A stretch of 64,000 nucleotides of DNA from Betaproteobacteria bacterium (GTDB lineage: Bacteria; Pseudomonadota; Gammaproteobacteria; Burkholderiales; SG8-41), in contig JAHFRL010000009.1 of the NCBI GenBank assembly GCA_023266235.1, positions 1,820 to 65,819 of the forward strand, read 5' to 3'. Of this stretch, positions 27,543-36,437 are shown in pieces (position 1 is the stretch's first letter; each line of letters starts with the position of its first letter). The notes under the pieces are model-generated. The model did no database searches. It was not told the origin of the DNA and saw only the letters and a list, made by a program, of their open reading frames with translations. The translations under genes were made by a program, and so were the position numbers.

Positions 27543-28646
27543 ATGACACATCTCGGAAAACAAAAACAACAGTTTGCCCCCGATGAACGCCGATGGACAC
27601 AGATAAGATCAAAGGCGCTGACGGTTTTTCCTGAGTCGTCTCGATTTTCATCGGCGTCAATCGGCGTTCATCGGCGGTTGCATTGGCTTTGGGGATTTTG
27701 CGCCGGCGCGGCGGCAGTGACAGTGGTGCAGGCAAGCGCATGGGCCCAGAGTTGGCCGACGAAAACGCTGCGGGTGGTCGTGCCGTTTACGGCCGGCAGC
27801 GCCACCGACATCACCGCGCGCCTGGTTGCCGAACGGCTCTCGGCGCAGCTCGGCCAGATCATCGTGGTCGAAAACCGCCCGGGCGCGGGAGGCACCATCG
27901 GCGTGGGAGTCGTCGCCAGGGCGGAACCCGACGGCTACACGATACTCGTGCACTCCTCCTCGTTTACCGTAACGCCGTCCACCTATCCCAACCAGCCGTA
28001 CGACACCGCGCGCGACTTCTCCGGCATCACGCCGCTCGCCAACCTGCCCAACGTGCTCGTGATCGCGCCGTCGAAAGGCCTGCGCTCGGTGAAGGAACTG
28101 GTGGCCGCCGCCAAGGCGAAGCCGGGCGCGCTGACCTACGCGTCCGCGGGCGCCGGCAGCGCAACGCAGCTCAACGCCGAACGCTTCCGTCTCGGCGCCG
28201 GATTCGAGGCGGTGCACGTGCCGTTCAAGGGTACGCCCGAAGCGCTCACGGAAATACTGACCGGGCGCGTGGATTATTACTTCTGTCCCGTGCTGTCGGT
28301 GCTGCAGTTCATCAAGGAAGGCAAGCTGCTCGCGCTGGCGGCCGGCAGCACCAAACGCTCATCGGCGCTGCCGGACCTGCTCACCACGCTCGAGGCGGGA
28401 ATCCCGAACTCGGACTACAACTTCTGGGTCGGCATGATCGTGCCCGCAAAAACCTCGCGCGACATCGTGGCGAAGCTGCACCAGCAGACGCTGCAAGCGC
28501 TGCAGGCGCCGGACATGAAGGAGCGCATGGCGAAACTCGGCGCCGAGCCGATGATCATGACGCCGGCGCAGTTCGACGCCTATATCCGCAACGAGATCGC
28601 CTCCAACGCGGGGCTCGTCAAGGCCGCCGCGATCAAGGTGAATTGA
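27543..28646 (+). CDS. Bug/TctC substrate-binding protein with repeat-derived N-terminus
   Basis: WPTKTLRVVVPFTAGSATD, PDGYT, HVPFKG; start uncertain. Confidence 0.9.
   Translation: MTHLGKQKQQFAPDERRWTQIRSKALTVFPESSRFSSASIGVHRRLHWLWGFCAGAAAVTVVQASAWAQSWPTKTLRVVVPFTAGSATDITARLVAERLSAQLGQIIVVENRPGAGGTIGVGVVARAEPDGYTILVHSSSFTVTPSTYPNQPYDTARDFSGITPLANLPNVLVIAPSKGLRSVKELVAAAKAKPGALTYASAGAGSATQLNAERFRLGAGFEAVHVPFKGTPEALTEILTGRVDYYFCPVLSVLQFIKEGKLLALAAGSTKRSSALPDLLTTLEAGIPNSDYNFWVGMIVPAKTSRDIVAKLHQQTLQALQAPDMKERMAKLGAEPMIMTPAQFDAYIRNEIASNAGLVKAAAIKVN
27576..27679. repeat. 10-bp-period inverted-arm element
   Basis: ccgatgaacg-ccgatggaca-cagat ... atcggcgtca-atcggcgttc-atcggcggtt. Confidence 0.9.
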
Positions 28647-28669
28647 ACCGCATGAGGAAGGAAAAAAGG

Positions 28670-29644
28670 ATGAAAATCTCCGGGCTGATGGCGAAAGTAT
28701 TTGCGGGCTGCGTTGCGACGGGGCTGTTTTCCGGTGCCTGCGCCCAGCCGTATCCGTCGAAACCGATCCGGTTGCTGGTGCCGTTCGGCCCCGGCGGCGT
28801 CGGCGACATCACTTCCCGCGCGGTCACGCAGAAAATGGGCGAGGCGATGGGCCAGCAGATCATCATCGACAACCGTCCGAGCGCGGGCGGCATCGTCGCC
28901 ACCGAGCTGGTCGCGAAATCCGAGCCCGACGGCTACACGCTGATGCTGCTGAACAACACCAATGCAGTGAGCGCGGCGATGTTCAAGAAGCTGCCCTACG
29001 ACACGGTCAGGGATTTCGCGATGGTCTCCACCCTCGGTGCGTTCAGTCTCGGCGTGCTGGTGAGCCCCGATTCGCCCGTCAGGACGCTCAAGGACCTGAT
29101 CGCGCAGGCCAACGCCAGCCCGGGCAAGTTCAATATCGGCACCATCAACATCGGCACCACGCAGTACCTGTCGGCCGAGTTGCTCAAGTCGATGGCGGGG
29201 CTGGACGCGGTGACGGTGCCGTTCAACAACACGGCGGGCGTGCTCACGGCGTTGCGGGGCAACAACGTGCAGGTGGCGTTCGAGTTCCTGCCGCCGGTGA
29301 TCGGACAGATCAAGGCCGGCGGCCTGCGCGCCATCGCGGTAACGTCGGGCACCCGCTTCGCGCTGCTGCCCGAGGTACCGACGTTGGCCCAAAGCGGCCT
29401 GCCCGGCTACGAGGTCACTTCGTGGAACGGCATTGCCGTGCCGGCGAAAACGCCCAGGGCGGTCGTCGAGCGCCTGAACAAGGAAATCCGCGCGGCGGTC
29501 GACTCACCGCAGATCAGGAGCCGTTTCCAGGAACTCGGCGTCGAGCAGAACGTGAGTACGCCCGAAGGCATGCGCAAGTTCCTGGTCGACGAGATCGCCA
29601 AGTGGAACGCGCTCATCGACAAGGCGAAGATACAAAGGCAGTGA
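28670..29644 (+). CDS. Bug/TctC substrate-binding protein
   Basis: YPSKPIRLLVPFGPGGVGD, PDGYT; start MKISG. Confidence 0.93.
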   Translation: MKISGLMAKVFAGCVATGLFSGACAQPYPSKPIRLLVPFGPGGVGDITSRAVTQKMGEAMGQQIIIDNRPSAGGIVATELVAKSEPDGYTLMLLNNTNAVSAAMFKKLPYDTVRDFAMVSTLGAFSLGVLVSPDSPVRTLKDLIAQANASPGKFNIGTINIGTTQYLSAELLKSMAGLDAVTVPFNNTAGVLTALRGNNVQVAFEFLPPVIGQIKAGGLRAIAVTSGTRFALLPEVPTLAQSGLPGYEVTSWNGIAVPAKTPRAVVERLNKEIRAAVDSPQIRSRFQELGVEQNVSTPEGMRKFLVDEIAKWNALIDKAKIQRQ

Positions 29645-29667
29645 CCAGGCAAAGTGGGGAATCTTTT

Positions 29668-29891
29668 GCCACAGAGGGTGCGGAGAACACCGAGAAAAGC
29701 AGCCCAAGCGCTCAACGCAGTGGACGCAGAGGACGCAGAGGTGCGCGGGGTAAGAATACGGGGGCGGTTTCAGAGCAGTGCACGAGGCTATACCTGGTTC
29801 GTGAGCCATCCTGGGTCGCGCTATTTCACAAAGACGTGTCTTGTCGGCTTTCCTCTGCGAGCCACCGCGTCCTCTGCGACCTCTGCATTGA
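29668..29891. repeat. 9-bp-period inverted-arm element with an extra arm
   Basis: ccacagagg-gtgcggaga-acaccgaga; acgcagtgg-acgcagagg-acgcagagg ... cctctgcga-gccaccgcgt-cctctgcga-cctctgcattga. Confidence 0.85.
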
Positions 29892-29964
29892 GAGTTTCAG
29901 CAACCGGTCTGCTGTCCTTGACGTAAGCGAGCATAATAGACGCGCAGATTGGAGGGGGGAGTGA

Positions 29965-30960
29965 ATGAACAATCGCCGCAAACTTCTTGTTGCGCTTGGC
30001 GCAGGCGCGCTCACTGCGCCGTTCGCTTCTTTCGCTCAACAATCTGGCAAAGTCTGGCGCGTTGGCTGGCTGATATACATTCGTCGGCCGGATATTCTCG
30101 ACTCCCACTTTACAGGTGCGTTCCCGCGGGGCATGCGCGAGCTCGGCTATGTCGAGGGCAAGAACCTGGTGATCGAGTCGCGCTTTGCCGATTTCAAGCC
30201 GGAGCGGCTTCCGGGCCTAGCAGCCGAATTGGTGCAACTGAAAGTAGACGTGATCGTCTCTGGAAGCTCCCCAGCAACCAGGGCGGCACAGAAAGCGACC
30301 AGCACGATTCCAATTGTCATGTTGGCCGACTCAGACCCGGTCGGCAATGGCTTCGTCGCCAGCCTGGCGCGCCCCGGAGGCAACATCACCGGGCTCTCGA
30401 CCATCGGTGTGGACACCAGTCCCAAGCTCCTGGAAATGCTCCGTAGCATGGTGCCCAAGCTCTCGCGTGTGGCCGTATTGGTGAATCCTGACGACCAGGT
30501 GGGGCAAACCTCGATTCTGAAGAGCGTCCGAGCCGCAGGCCAGAGAACCGGCGTAACGATCCTATCCTTTGACGCACGAGTTCCCCAGGAAATCGAGAAT
30601 GCCTTTGCCCAGATGGTCCGCTGGAAAGCGGGAGCATTGATCGTGGCGCGTGGCCCGTTTCTCAACAACCAACCGCGCCTAATCGCGGAGCTGGCGGCCA
30701 AGCATCGGCTACCGACAATTGCCGGCCTTACGGAATATGTGGAGGCCGGCGGTCTGATCAGCTATGGCCCGAGCCTCACCGACCTGTTCCGGCGCGGAGC
30801 AACTTATGTGGACAAAATCTTCAAGGGCGCGAAGCCCGGCGATCTGCCGGTGGAGCAGCCCACGAAATTCGAGCTGTTCATCAACCGCAAGACCGCGAAA
30901 GCGCTGGGCCTCGCTATCCCGCAGTCACTCCTGATAAGCGCCGATCAGGTGATCGAGTGA
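29965..30960 (+). CDS. Orphan ABC substrate-binding protein (ABC_sub_bind type)
   Basis: LGYVEGKNL, TSTIPIV, DPVGNGFVASLARPGGNITG, PGDLPVEQPTKFEL. Confidence 0.9.
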   Translation: MNNRRKLLVALGAGALTAPFASFAQQSGKVWRVGWLIYIRRPDILDSHFTGAFPRGMRELGYVEGKNLVIESRFADFKPERLPGLAAELVQLKVDVIVSGSSPATRAAQKATSTIPIVMLADSDPVGNGFVASLARPGGNITGLSTIGVDTSPKLLEMLRSMVPKLSRVAVLVNPDDQVGQTSILKSVRAAGQRTGVTILSFDARVPQEIENAFAQMVRWKAGALIVARGPFLNNQPRLIAELAAKHRLPTIAGLTEYVEAGGLISYGPSLTDLFRRGATYVDKIFKGAKPGDLPVEQPTKFELFINRKTAKALGLAIPQSLLISADQVIE

Positions 30961-30965
30961 ATGTG

Positions 30966-31376
30966 CTATTTCGTTACCCAGTTCTCCACGCGCAAGCTGC
31001 GTACCTTGGAGAATTCCCGTACGTTGTTCGTTACCAGCGTCAGATCAAGGCTCAACGCATGCGCGGCGATCAGCGTGTCGAGCGGACCGATAGGCTTGCC
31101 TTCGGCCTCGAGGCTGGTGCGCACCGATCCGTAAATCTGCGCGGCCTTCGCATCAAACGCGGCCACATTGAGAGCGTCGAGCACGCGTTGCAAGACCCTG
31201 CGGCTCGTCTCGGGCTGCCGGCTTTTCTCAATTCCGAAACGCAGTTCAGCCAGTGTGATCGAGGACACCACCATGTCATGCGGTTCTTCGCGGTCGAAAC
31301 GGTCGAGTACCGCCTGATGATGCGGCCGCGCGTTGAGAACATACACCAGGATATTGGTGTCCAGCATGTACCGCAT
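30966..31376 (-). CDS. vapC: VapC PIN-domain toxin
   Basis: YMLDTNI, SSITLAEL, IGPLDTLIAAHA, LVTNNVREF. Confidence 0.92.
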   Translation of the reverse strand: MRYMLDTNILVYVLNARPHHQAVLDRFDREEPHDMVVSSITLAELRFGIEKSRQPETSRRVLQRVLDALNVAAFDAKAAQIYGSVRTSLEAEGKPIGPLDTLIAAHALSLDLTLVTNNVREFSKVRSLRVENWVTK

Positions 31377-31609
31377 TAGCGCTTCCAGTCGCGCTTGTCG
31401 GCGGCCGGCGGCTGTTCCCGCCCGATCCCGAACCCGCGGGGTGTTTTGGAAAGTGCGTGCCGGATCGCGGTCCCGAGCTTCGGATGCTGCGGTTTCAGGA
31501 AGGCGGTCAGCGCATCATGGATCAGGGCCGAGCGGCTTTTGCGATCGCGCCGGCTGGCTTTGTCGAGCAGCTGTTCAAGCTCGGGCTTCAAGCGCACGGA
31601 AATGGGCAT
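31376..31609 (-). CDS. Ribbon-helix-helix (CopG-like) antitoxin
   Basis: ISVRLKPEL...SRSALIHDAL; TAATG overlap with vapC. Confidence 0.82.
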   Translation of the reverse strand: MPISVRLKPELEQLLDKASRRDRKSRSALIHDALTAFLKPQHPKLGTAIRHALSKTPRGFGIGREQPPAADKRDWKR

Positions 31610-31634
31610 GGCCGGACTCCTTCGGTATTCACAA

Positions 31635-31654
31635 TGTATGACAAGTGTATCACA
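31635..31654. promoter_or_regulatory. Putative RHH antitoxin operator
   Basis: TGTATGACA-ag-TGTATCACA tandem TGT-N3-ACA sites just upstream of the antitoxin. Confidence 0.55.
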
Positions 31655-31675
31655 TCGATTTTCTGCCGATAAAGT

Positions 31676-31733
31676 GATCGGGTGAAGGGTGACAAATCAT
31701 AACGCCTCTCTCCTCTCGCCTCTCGCCTCTCGC
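31676..31733. repeat. 7-bp-period junction repeat with mismatched arms
   Basis: gggtgaa-gggtga ... gcctctc-tcctctc-gcctctc-gcctctc-gc directly before ATG 31734. Confidence 0.8.
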
Positions 31734-32594
31734 ATGAAACCCATCCTTCCCCCCGATCCGAACCCGGTGAAGCCGAACTACGTGCCGCCGCCCGGCGCGT
31801 GCGACGCGCACTGCCACGTGTTCGGCCCGGGCGACCGCTTTCCGTACGCGGCGAGCCGCACTTACACGCCGCCCGATGCCCCGAAGGAAAAGCTCGCCGC
31901 GCTGCATCGCCATCTCGGCCTCAGCCGCGCGGTGCTGGTGCAGGCGAGCTGCCACGGCACCGACAATAGCGCGGTACTCGATGCGATCGCGTCATCGCAC
32001 GGCGCATGGCGCGGTGTGGGCATGGTCAGCCAGGACGTCAGCGAGCGCGAACTCGAGCAGCTGCATGCGGGCGGCGTGCGCGGCGTGCGGTTCAATTTCG
32101 TGGCGCACCTGGGCGGCGCGCCCGATCTCAAGACGGTCGACGGCGTGCTCGCGCGCGTCGCAACGCTCGGCTGGCACGTCGTGCTGCACCTCGATGCCGC
32201 GGACATTTCCACGTACGGAGATTTCCTCAACCGCCTGCGCGTGCCGTTCATCATCGACCACATGGGACGCGTCCAGGCGCAACACGGCCTCGATCAGCAG
32301 CCGTTCAAACTGCTGCTCGGGCTGCTGAAAAACGAACTCGCGTGGGTGAAAGTGAGCGGATGTGACCGCATCTCATCGGCAGGCAAGCCCTATCACGATG
32401 CGATCCCGTTTGCGCGCACGCTGATCGAAGCCGCGCCCGACCACGTGCTGTGGGGCACCGACTTCCCGCACCCCAACGTCAAGGTAATGCCGAACGACGG
32501 CGAACTCGTCGACCTGTTCGCGAAATTCTGCGATGACGACGCGTTGCGCCGGAAAGTGCTGATCGACAATCCGGCCCGGCTCTACTGGGCCTGA
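31734..32594 (+). CDS. Amidohydrolase, LigI / 2-pyrone-4,6-dicarboxylate lactonase-like
   Basis: CDAHCHVFGP, QASCHGTDN, RGVRFNF, IDHMG, WVKVS, WGTDFPHP. Confidence 0.88.
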   Translation: MKPILPPDPNPVKPNYVPPPGACDAHCHVFGPGDRFPYAASRTYTPPDAPKEKLAALHRHLGLSRAVLVQASCHGTDNSAVLDAIASSHGAWRGVGMVSQDVSERELEQLHAGGVRGVRFNFVAHLGGAPDLKTVDGVLARVATLGWHVVLHLDAADISTYGDFLNRLRVPFIIDHMGRVQAQHGLDQQPFKLLLGLLKNELAWVKVSGCDRISSAGKPYHDAIPFARTLIEAAPDHVLWGTDFPHPNVKVMPNDGELVDLFAKFCDDDALRRKVLIDNPARLYWA

Positions 32595-32730
32595 GCATTG
32601 ACCGGCGCACATTCTTCAAGACCGCCGCCGCCATGCGCTGCGATGGCCGGCCGTTCATCTCATGGCATATAATCAGCCGCTCTCGGCGGGTAATTTCAGC
32701 GCGTAGCCGCAACGAAAACGAAGCGCGGAC

Positions 32731-33210
32731 ATGCATATTAAATTCAGGCTCAACGGTGATCCGGTCGAGGTAACACTGCAAACGGGCGATCGTTTGCTGG
32801 TCGACGTGCTGCGCGAAGACCTGCGGATGACGGGCACCAAGCACGGCTGCGGCATCGGCGCCTGCGGCACCTGCACCGTGCTGGTGGACGGATATCCGGT
32901 CGCCTCGTGCCTGCAGCTCGCCGCGTTGATCGACGGCGCCGAAATCCGCACGATCGAAGGCCTGGCGGGCGCATCCGCGCTGCATCCGGTGCAGCAGGCT
33001 TTCGTGAACAAGTCCGCGCTGCAATGCGGAATCTGCACGCCGGGCCACATCATGGCCGCGTGCGCGCTGCTGGAAAAAACACCGCAACCCACCGACGAGC
33101 AGATCCGCGCCAGCATGGACAGCGTCTATTGCCGCTGCACGGGTTACGCCCGGATCGCCGAGGCCTATAAGGAAGCGGTGACGCTCGCGCGCAAGGCGGG
33201 GAAAGCATGA
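32731..33210 (+). CDS. Mo-hydroxylase 2Fe-2S subunit
   Basis: GCGIGACGTC, QCGICTPG, CRCTGY. Confidence 0.95.
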   Translation: MHIKFRLNGDPVEVTLQTGDRLLVDVLREDLRMTGTKHGCGIGACGTCTVLVDGYPVASCLQLAALIDGAEIRTIEGLAGASALHPVQQAFVNKSALQCGICTPGHIMAACALLEKTPQPTDEQIRASMDSVYCRCTGYARIAEAYKEAVTLARKAGKA

Positions 33211-36200
33211 ACCGGCGCGATTACCGCTCGAACGCGACCGCCGGCCTGCTCGTCGTCGGCAAGGACGTGCCGCGCACCGATGCGCTGCCGAAAGTCACCG
33301 GGGCGGCGCAGTACGTCGCCGATCTGCACTTGCCCGGCATGCTGCACGCGGCCGTGCTGCGCAGCCCGCATCCGCACGCCCGGATCGTCAGCATCGACAC
33401 GCGCGGCGCGGCAGCATTGCCGGGCGTCAAGGCGGTCGTGACCGGCGCCGACACGGCGCAACGCAAATGGGGTTGCTTCCGTCCCGACCTGTATCCGCTC
33501 GCGATCGAAAAAGTGCGCTATGTCGGCGATGAAGTCGCGGCGGTCGCCGCGATGGACCTGGAAACGGCGCGCGCCGCCGTCGATCAAATCAAAGTCGAAT
33601 ACGCGGTGCTGCCCGCGGTGCTCTCGCTCGATGCGGCGCTCGCGCCGGGAGCGCCGCTGGTGCACGACGATGCCGCAGGCAACGTCGCGCATCATTTTGC
33701 GTTTGAACGCGGCGACGTCGACGCGGGCTTCAAAGCGAGCGATATCATCGTCGAGGGTACCTGGCAAAGCGCGCGCCAGTGGCACGCTGCGCTCGAAACC
33801 ATCGGGTGCGTCTCGCGCTGGACCGGGGGCCGCGTGACGATGTGGTGCAACACGCAGACGCCGTTTCTCGCGCGCGGCCGCTATGCGATCGGATTGGGCG
33901 TGCCGGAGGGCCGGGTGCGCGTGATCCAGACCGAGGTCGGCGGCGGCTTCGGCGGCAAGTCCGGAGACGACAACGCGTCGGTCATCTGCGCCATCCTCGC
34001 GCTGAAGGCAGGCAAACCGGTGAAACTCGTCCACACGCGCGAAGAGGAGTTTCTCGCGAGCCACCCGCGCATGCCGATGCGTTACTGGGTGCGACTCGGC
34101 TTCAGCCGCGACGGCCGCGTCAAGGCGAAAGAAATCAAACTGCTCGCCGACAATGGCGCCTATACCGGCAAGTCGCAGGCGATACTCGGCGCGGCGACGG
34201 TGCGCCACGATGCGCTCTACAAATATCCGTGCGCGCGGGCGGACTCCACTCTCGTCTACACCAACCTGGTGCCGACCGGCGCCTTCCGCGGGTTCGGCAA
34301 TCCCTCCGCGGACTGGGCGGTGGAACAGGCGTGGGATCTCGCCGCGGAAAAGCTCGGCATCGACGTCGTCGACCTGCTGCGCATGAACGCGGTCGAGCCG
34401 GGCGACGTCTCGCTGCACAACCACCGGATCACGAGTTGCGAACTCAAGCAATGCATCGACCAAGCCGCGCGGCTGATCGGGTGGGACGAAAAACGCAAAC
34501 ATCGCACGCCGAACCGCGGACTCGGCATCGGCTGCAGCGTGCACGTCAACGGCCGCCGCAGCTTTGGCGACTGGGACGGCAGCTCCGCGATTGTCCGCAT
34601 CAACGACGATGGCCGCGCGGCCATCATCACCGGCGAAGGCGAAATCGGCACGGGCACGCTGACGGTATTGCGCCAGATCGCGGCGGAGGAGCTCGGAATG
34701 CCCTACGCCGACGTGGACATCACGCGCCCCGACACCGACGTGCAGCCCTATGCGCTCGGGGCGCTCGCGAGCCGCCTGACCTATGTGGCAGGCAATGCCG
34801 TCAAGCTCGCCGCCGCGGCAGCCCGGACGCAGCTGCTCGCAGCGGCGTCGATGCAGTTCGGGCTGCCGCCGGAAGAACTGACGATCATCAACGGTGAAAT
34901 CGGTCCCGGCCGCGGCCGCGAAACCGAATTCAAGCCGGTTGCAGCCGTCGTGCGCGCGCACATCTATCAGCCCGAAGGGCAACCGATCATCGGCGTCGGC
35001 AGCTTCGACAACCCTTCGGAATTTCCCGACCACAGCCGCTACGGCAACGAGTCGGGCGCCTACAACTTCGCGGCGCAGGCGGTGGAAGTCGAAGTCGATC
35101 CCGGCACCGGCAAGGTCACCGTGCTGGAAATCGCTTCCGCGGTCGATTGCGGCACGGTCATCCATCCCGCCGCCGCCGAGGGCCAGGTGCAAGGCGCAGT
35201 GACCCAGGGGCTCGGCCTCGCGCTGACCGAGTACTTCGACTGCTACAACGGCACGCCGACCGACCCGCAATTTATCGACTATCCTGTTCCTGCTGCAGCC
35301 ATGATGCCCAAAATACACGTGGCCTTCGCAGACTCCTACGAACCTTCCGGCCCGTTTGGCGCAAAAGGCCTGGGCGAAATCGGTCTCGATGCGATACCGG
35401 CCGCGATTGCCAACGCAATCGCCGACGCGGTTGGCGTACGCATCACCGAATTGCCAATCACCGCGGAGAAAATATATCGCGCGATGAATCCGCAATTATT
35501 CCGTGATGAGCCGGCGCCGCCGGCGCCCCCCAAGGGCGCCGTATGGACGCGGCTTAGCGAGGGCAAGCCCTCGGGCGCACGCCCTGTCAAGACGGAATTC
35601 GTCTACGCGCGCAGCGTAGGCGAGGTCGTCGGCGAACTTGCCAAAGGCGATGCCGCGATCGTCGCCGGCGGGATGTCGCATGCCGTGCGTCGCGAGCGCA
35701 CGGGCTTCCCGCAGGCCAAGCGCCTCGTCGCGATAGGACGGATTCCCGAGCTCAGTGCATGGTCGATCGACGGCCGCGGTACGCTGCGCGTCGGCGCGGC
35801 AGTGCGCCAGCAAACGCTCTACGAAGATCAGCGGGTGTGCAATAGCTGGGAGGCGCTCGGGGACGCGCTGGAGTCGGCCGGTCACACGCGAATCCGGCAA
35901 ATGACGACCGTGGGCGGCAGTGTGGCGCCATTGATAGGAGGTTTCGACCTGCCGGTCGCCCTCCTCGCGGTGCACGGCAAAGTCGGCGTGACTGGACCCC
36001 AAGGTGCGCGCACGATGCAATTGCAGGCATTGTTCGAAGCGCGCCTTGCCAAGGACGAGCTCGTAACCGGGATCGAGGTTGACGCGCTCCCGCCGCACGT
36101 TGGCTCGAGCTTCTACAAATACCTGCCGCGCAGCGTGATCGAGACACCGGCAGTGAACACGGCTGCCATGGTGCGGCTCGACGCCGCCGGCAAATGCGCT

Positions 36201-36437
36201 GATGCGCGCGTCGTGGTTGGTTCCGTGAGCTGGAAACCCGTAGTCCTCGAGTTGCCGCAGCTTAACGGCCACGCACTTGACCCCAAGCGGGTGCGTGCAG
36301 CCGTGCAGGGCCTGCGCGCGCTGGTGCAACCCGTATCGAATGTACGGGGATCGGCCGCCTACAAGCGCGAGATGGCGGTAGAATTCGCCGCGCGCGCACT
36401 GATTACAGCCTGGCAGCGTGCCCTGGAGACCCAATGA
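33207..36437 (+). CDS. Xanthine-dehydrogenase-family molybdopterin subunit fused to a C-terminal FAD-binding subunit
   Basis: GGGFGGK, AFRGFG, GAKGLGE; PAPPAPP linker; then AGGMS, IRQMTTVGGS, VRGSAAYKR. Confidence 0.9.
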   Translation: MNRRDYRSNATAGLLVVGKDVPRTDALPKVTGAAQYVADLHLPGMLHAAVLRSPHPHARIVSIDTRGAAALPGVKAVVTGADTAQRKWGCFRPDLYPLAIEKVRYVGDEVAAVAAMDLETARAAVDQIKVEYAVLPAVLSLDAALAPGAPLVHDDAAGNVAHHFAFERGDVDAGFKASDIIVEGTWQSARQWHAALETIGCVSRWTGGRVTMWCNTQTPFLARGRYAIGLGVPEGRVRVIQTEVGGGFGGKSGDDNASVICAILALKAGKPVKLVHTREEEFLASHPRMPMRYWVRLGFSRDGRVKAKEIKLLADNGAYTGKSQAILGAATVRHDALYKYPCARADSTLVYTNLVPTGAFRGFGNPSADWAVEQAWDLAAEKLGIDVVDLLRMNAVEPGDVSLHNHRITSCELKQCIDQAARLIGWDEKRKHRTPNRGLGIGCSVHVNGRRSFGDWDGSSAIVRINDDGRAAIITGEGEIGTGTLTVLRQIAAEELGMPYADVDITRPDTDVQPYALGALASRLTYVAGNAVKLAAAAARTQLLAAASMQFGLPPEELTIINGEIGPGRGRETEFKPVAAVVRAHIYQPEGQPIIGVGSFDNPSEFPDHSRYGNESGAYNFAAQAVEVEVDPGTGKVTVLEIASAVDCGTVIHPAAAEGQVQGAVTQGLGLALTEYFDCYNGTPTDPQFIDYPVPAAAMMPKIHVAFADSYEPSGPFGAKGLGEIGLDAIPAAIANAIADAVGVRITELPITAEKIYRAMNPQLFRDEPAPPAPPKGAVWTRLSEGKPSGARPVKTEFVYARSVGEVVGELAKGDAAIVAGGMSHAVRRERTGFPQAKRLVAIGRIPELSAWSIDGRGTLRVGAAVRQQTLYEDQRVCNSWEALGDALESAGHTRIRQMTTVGGSVAPLIGGFDLPVALLAVHGKVGVTGPQGARTMQLQALFEARLAKDELVTGIEVDALPPHVGSSFYKYLPRSVIETPAVNTAAMVRLDAAGKCADARVVVGSVSWKPVVLELPQLNGHALDPKRVRAAVQGLRALVQPVSNVRGSAAYKREMAVEFAARALITAWQRALETQ

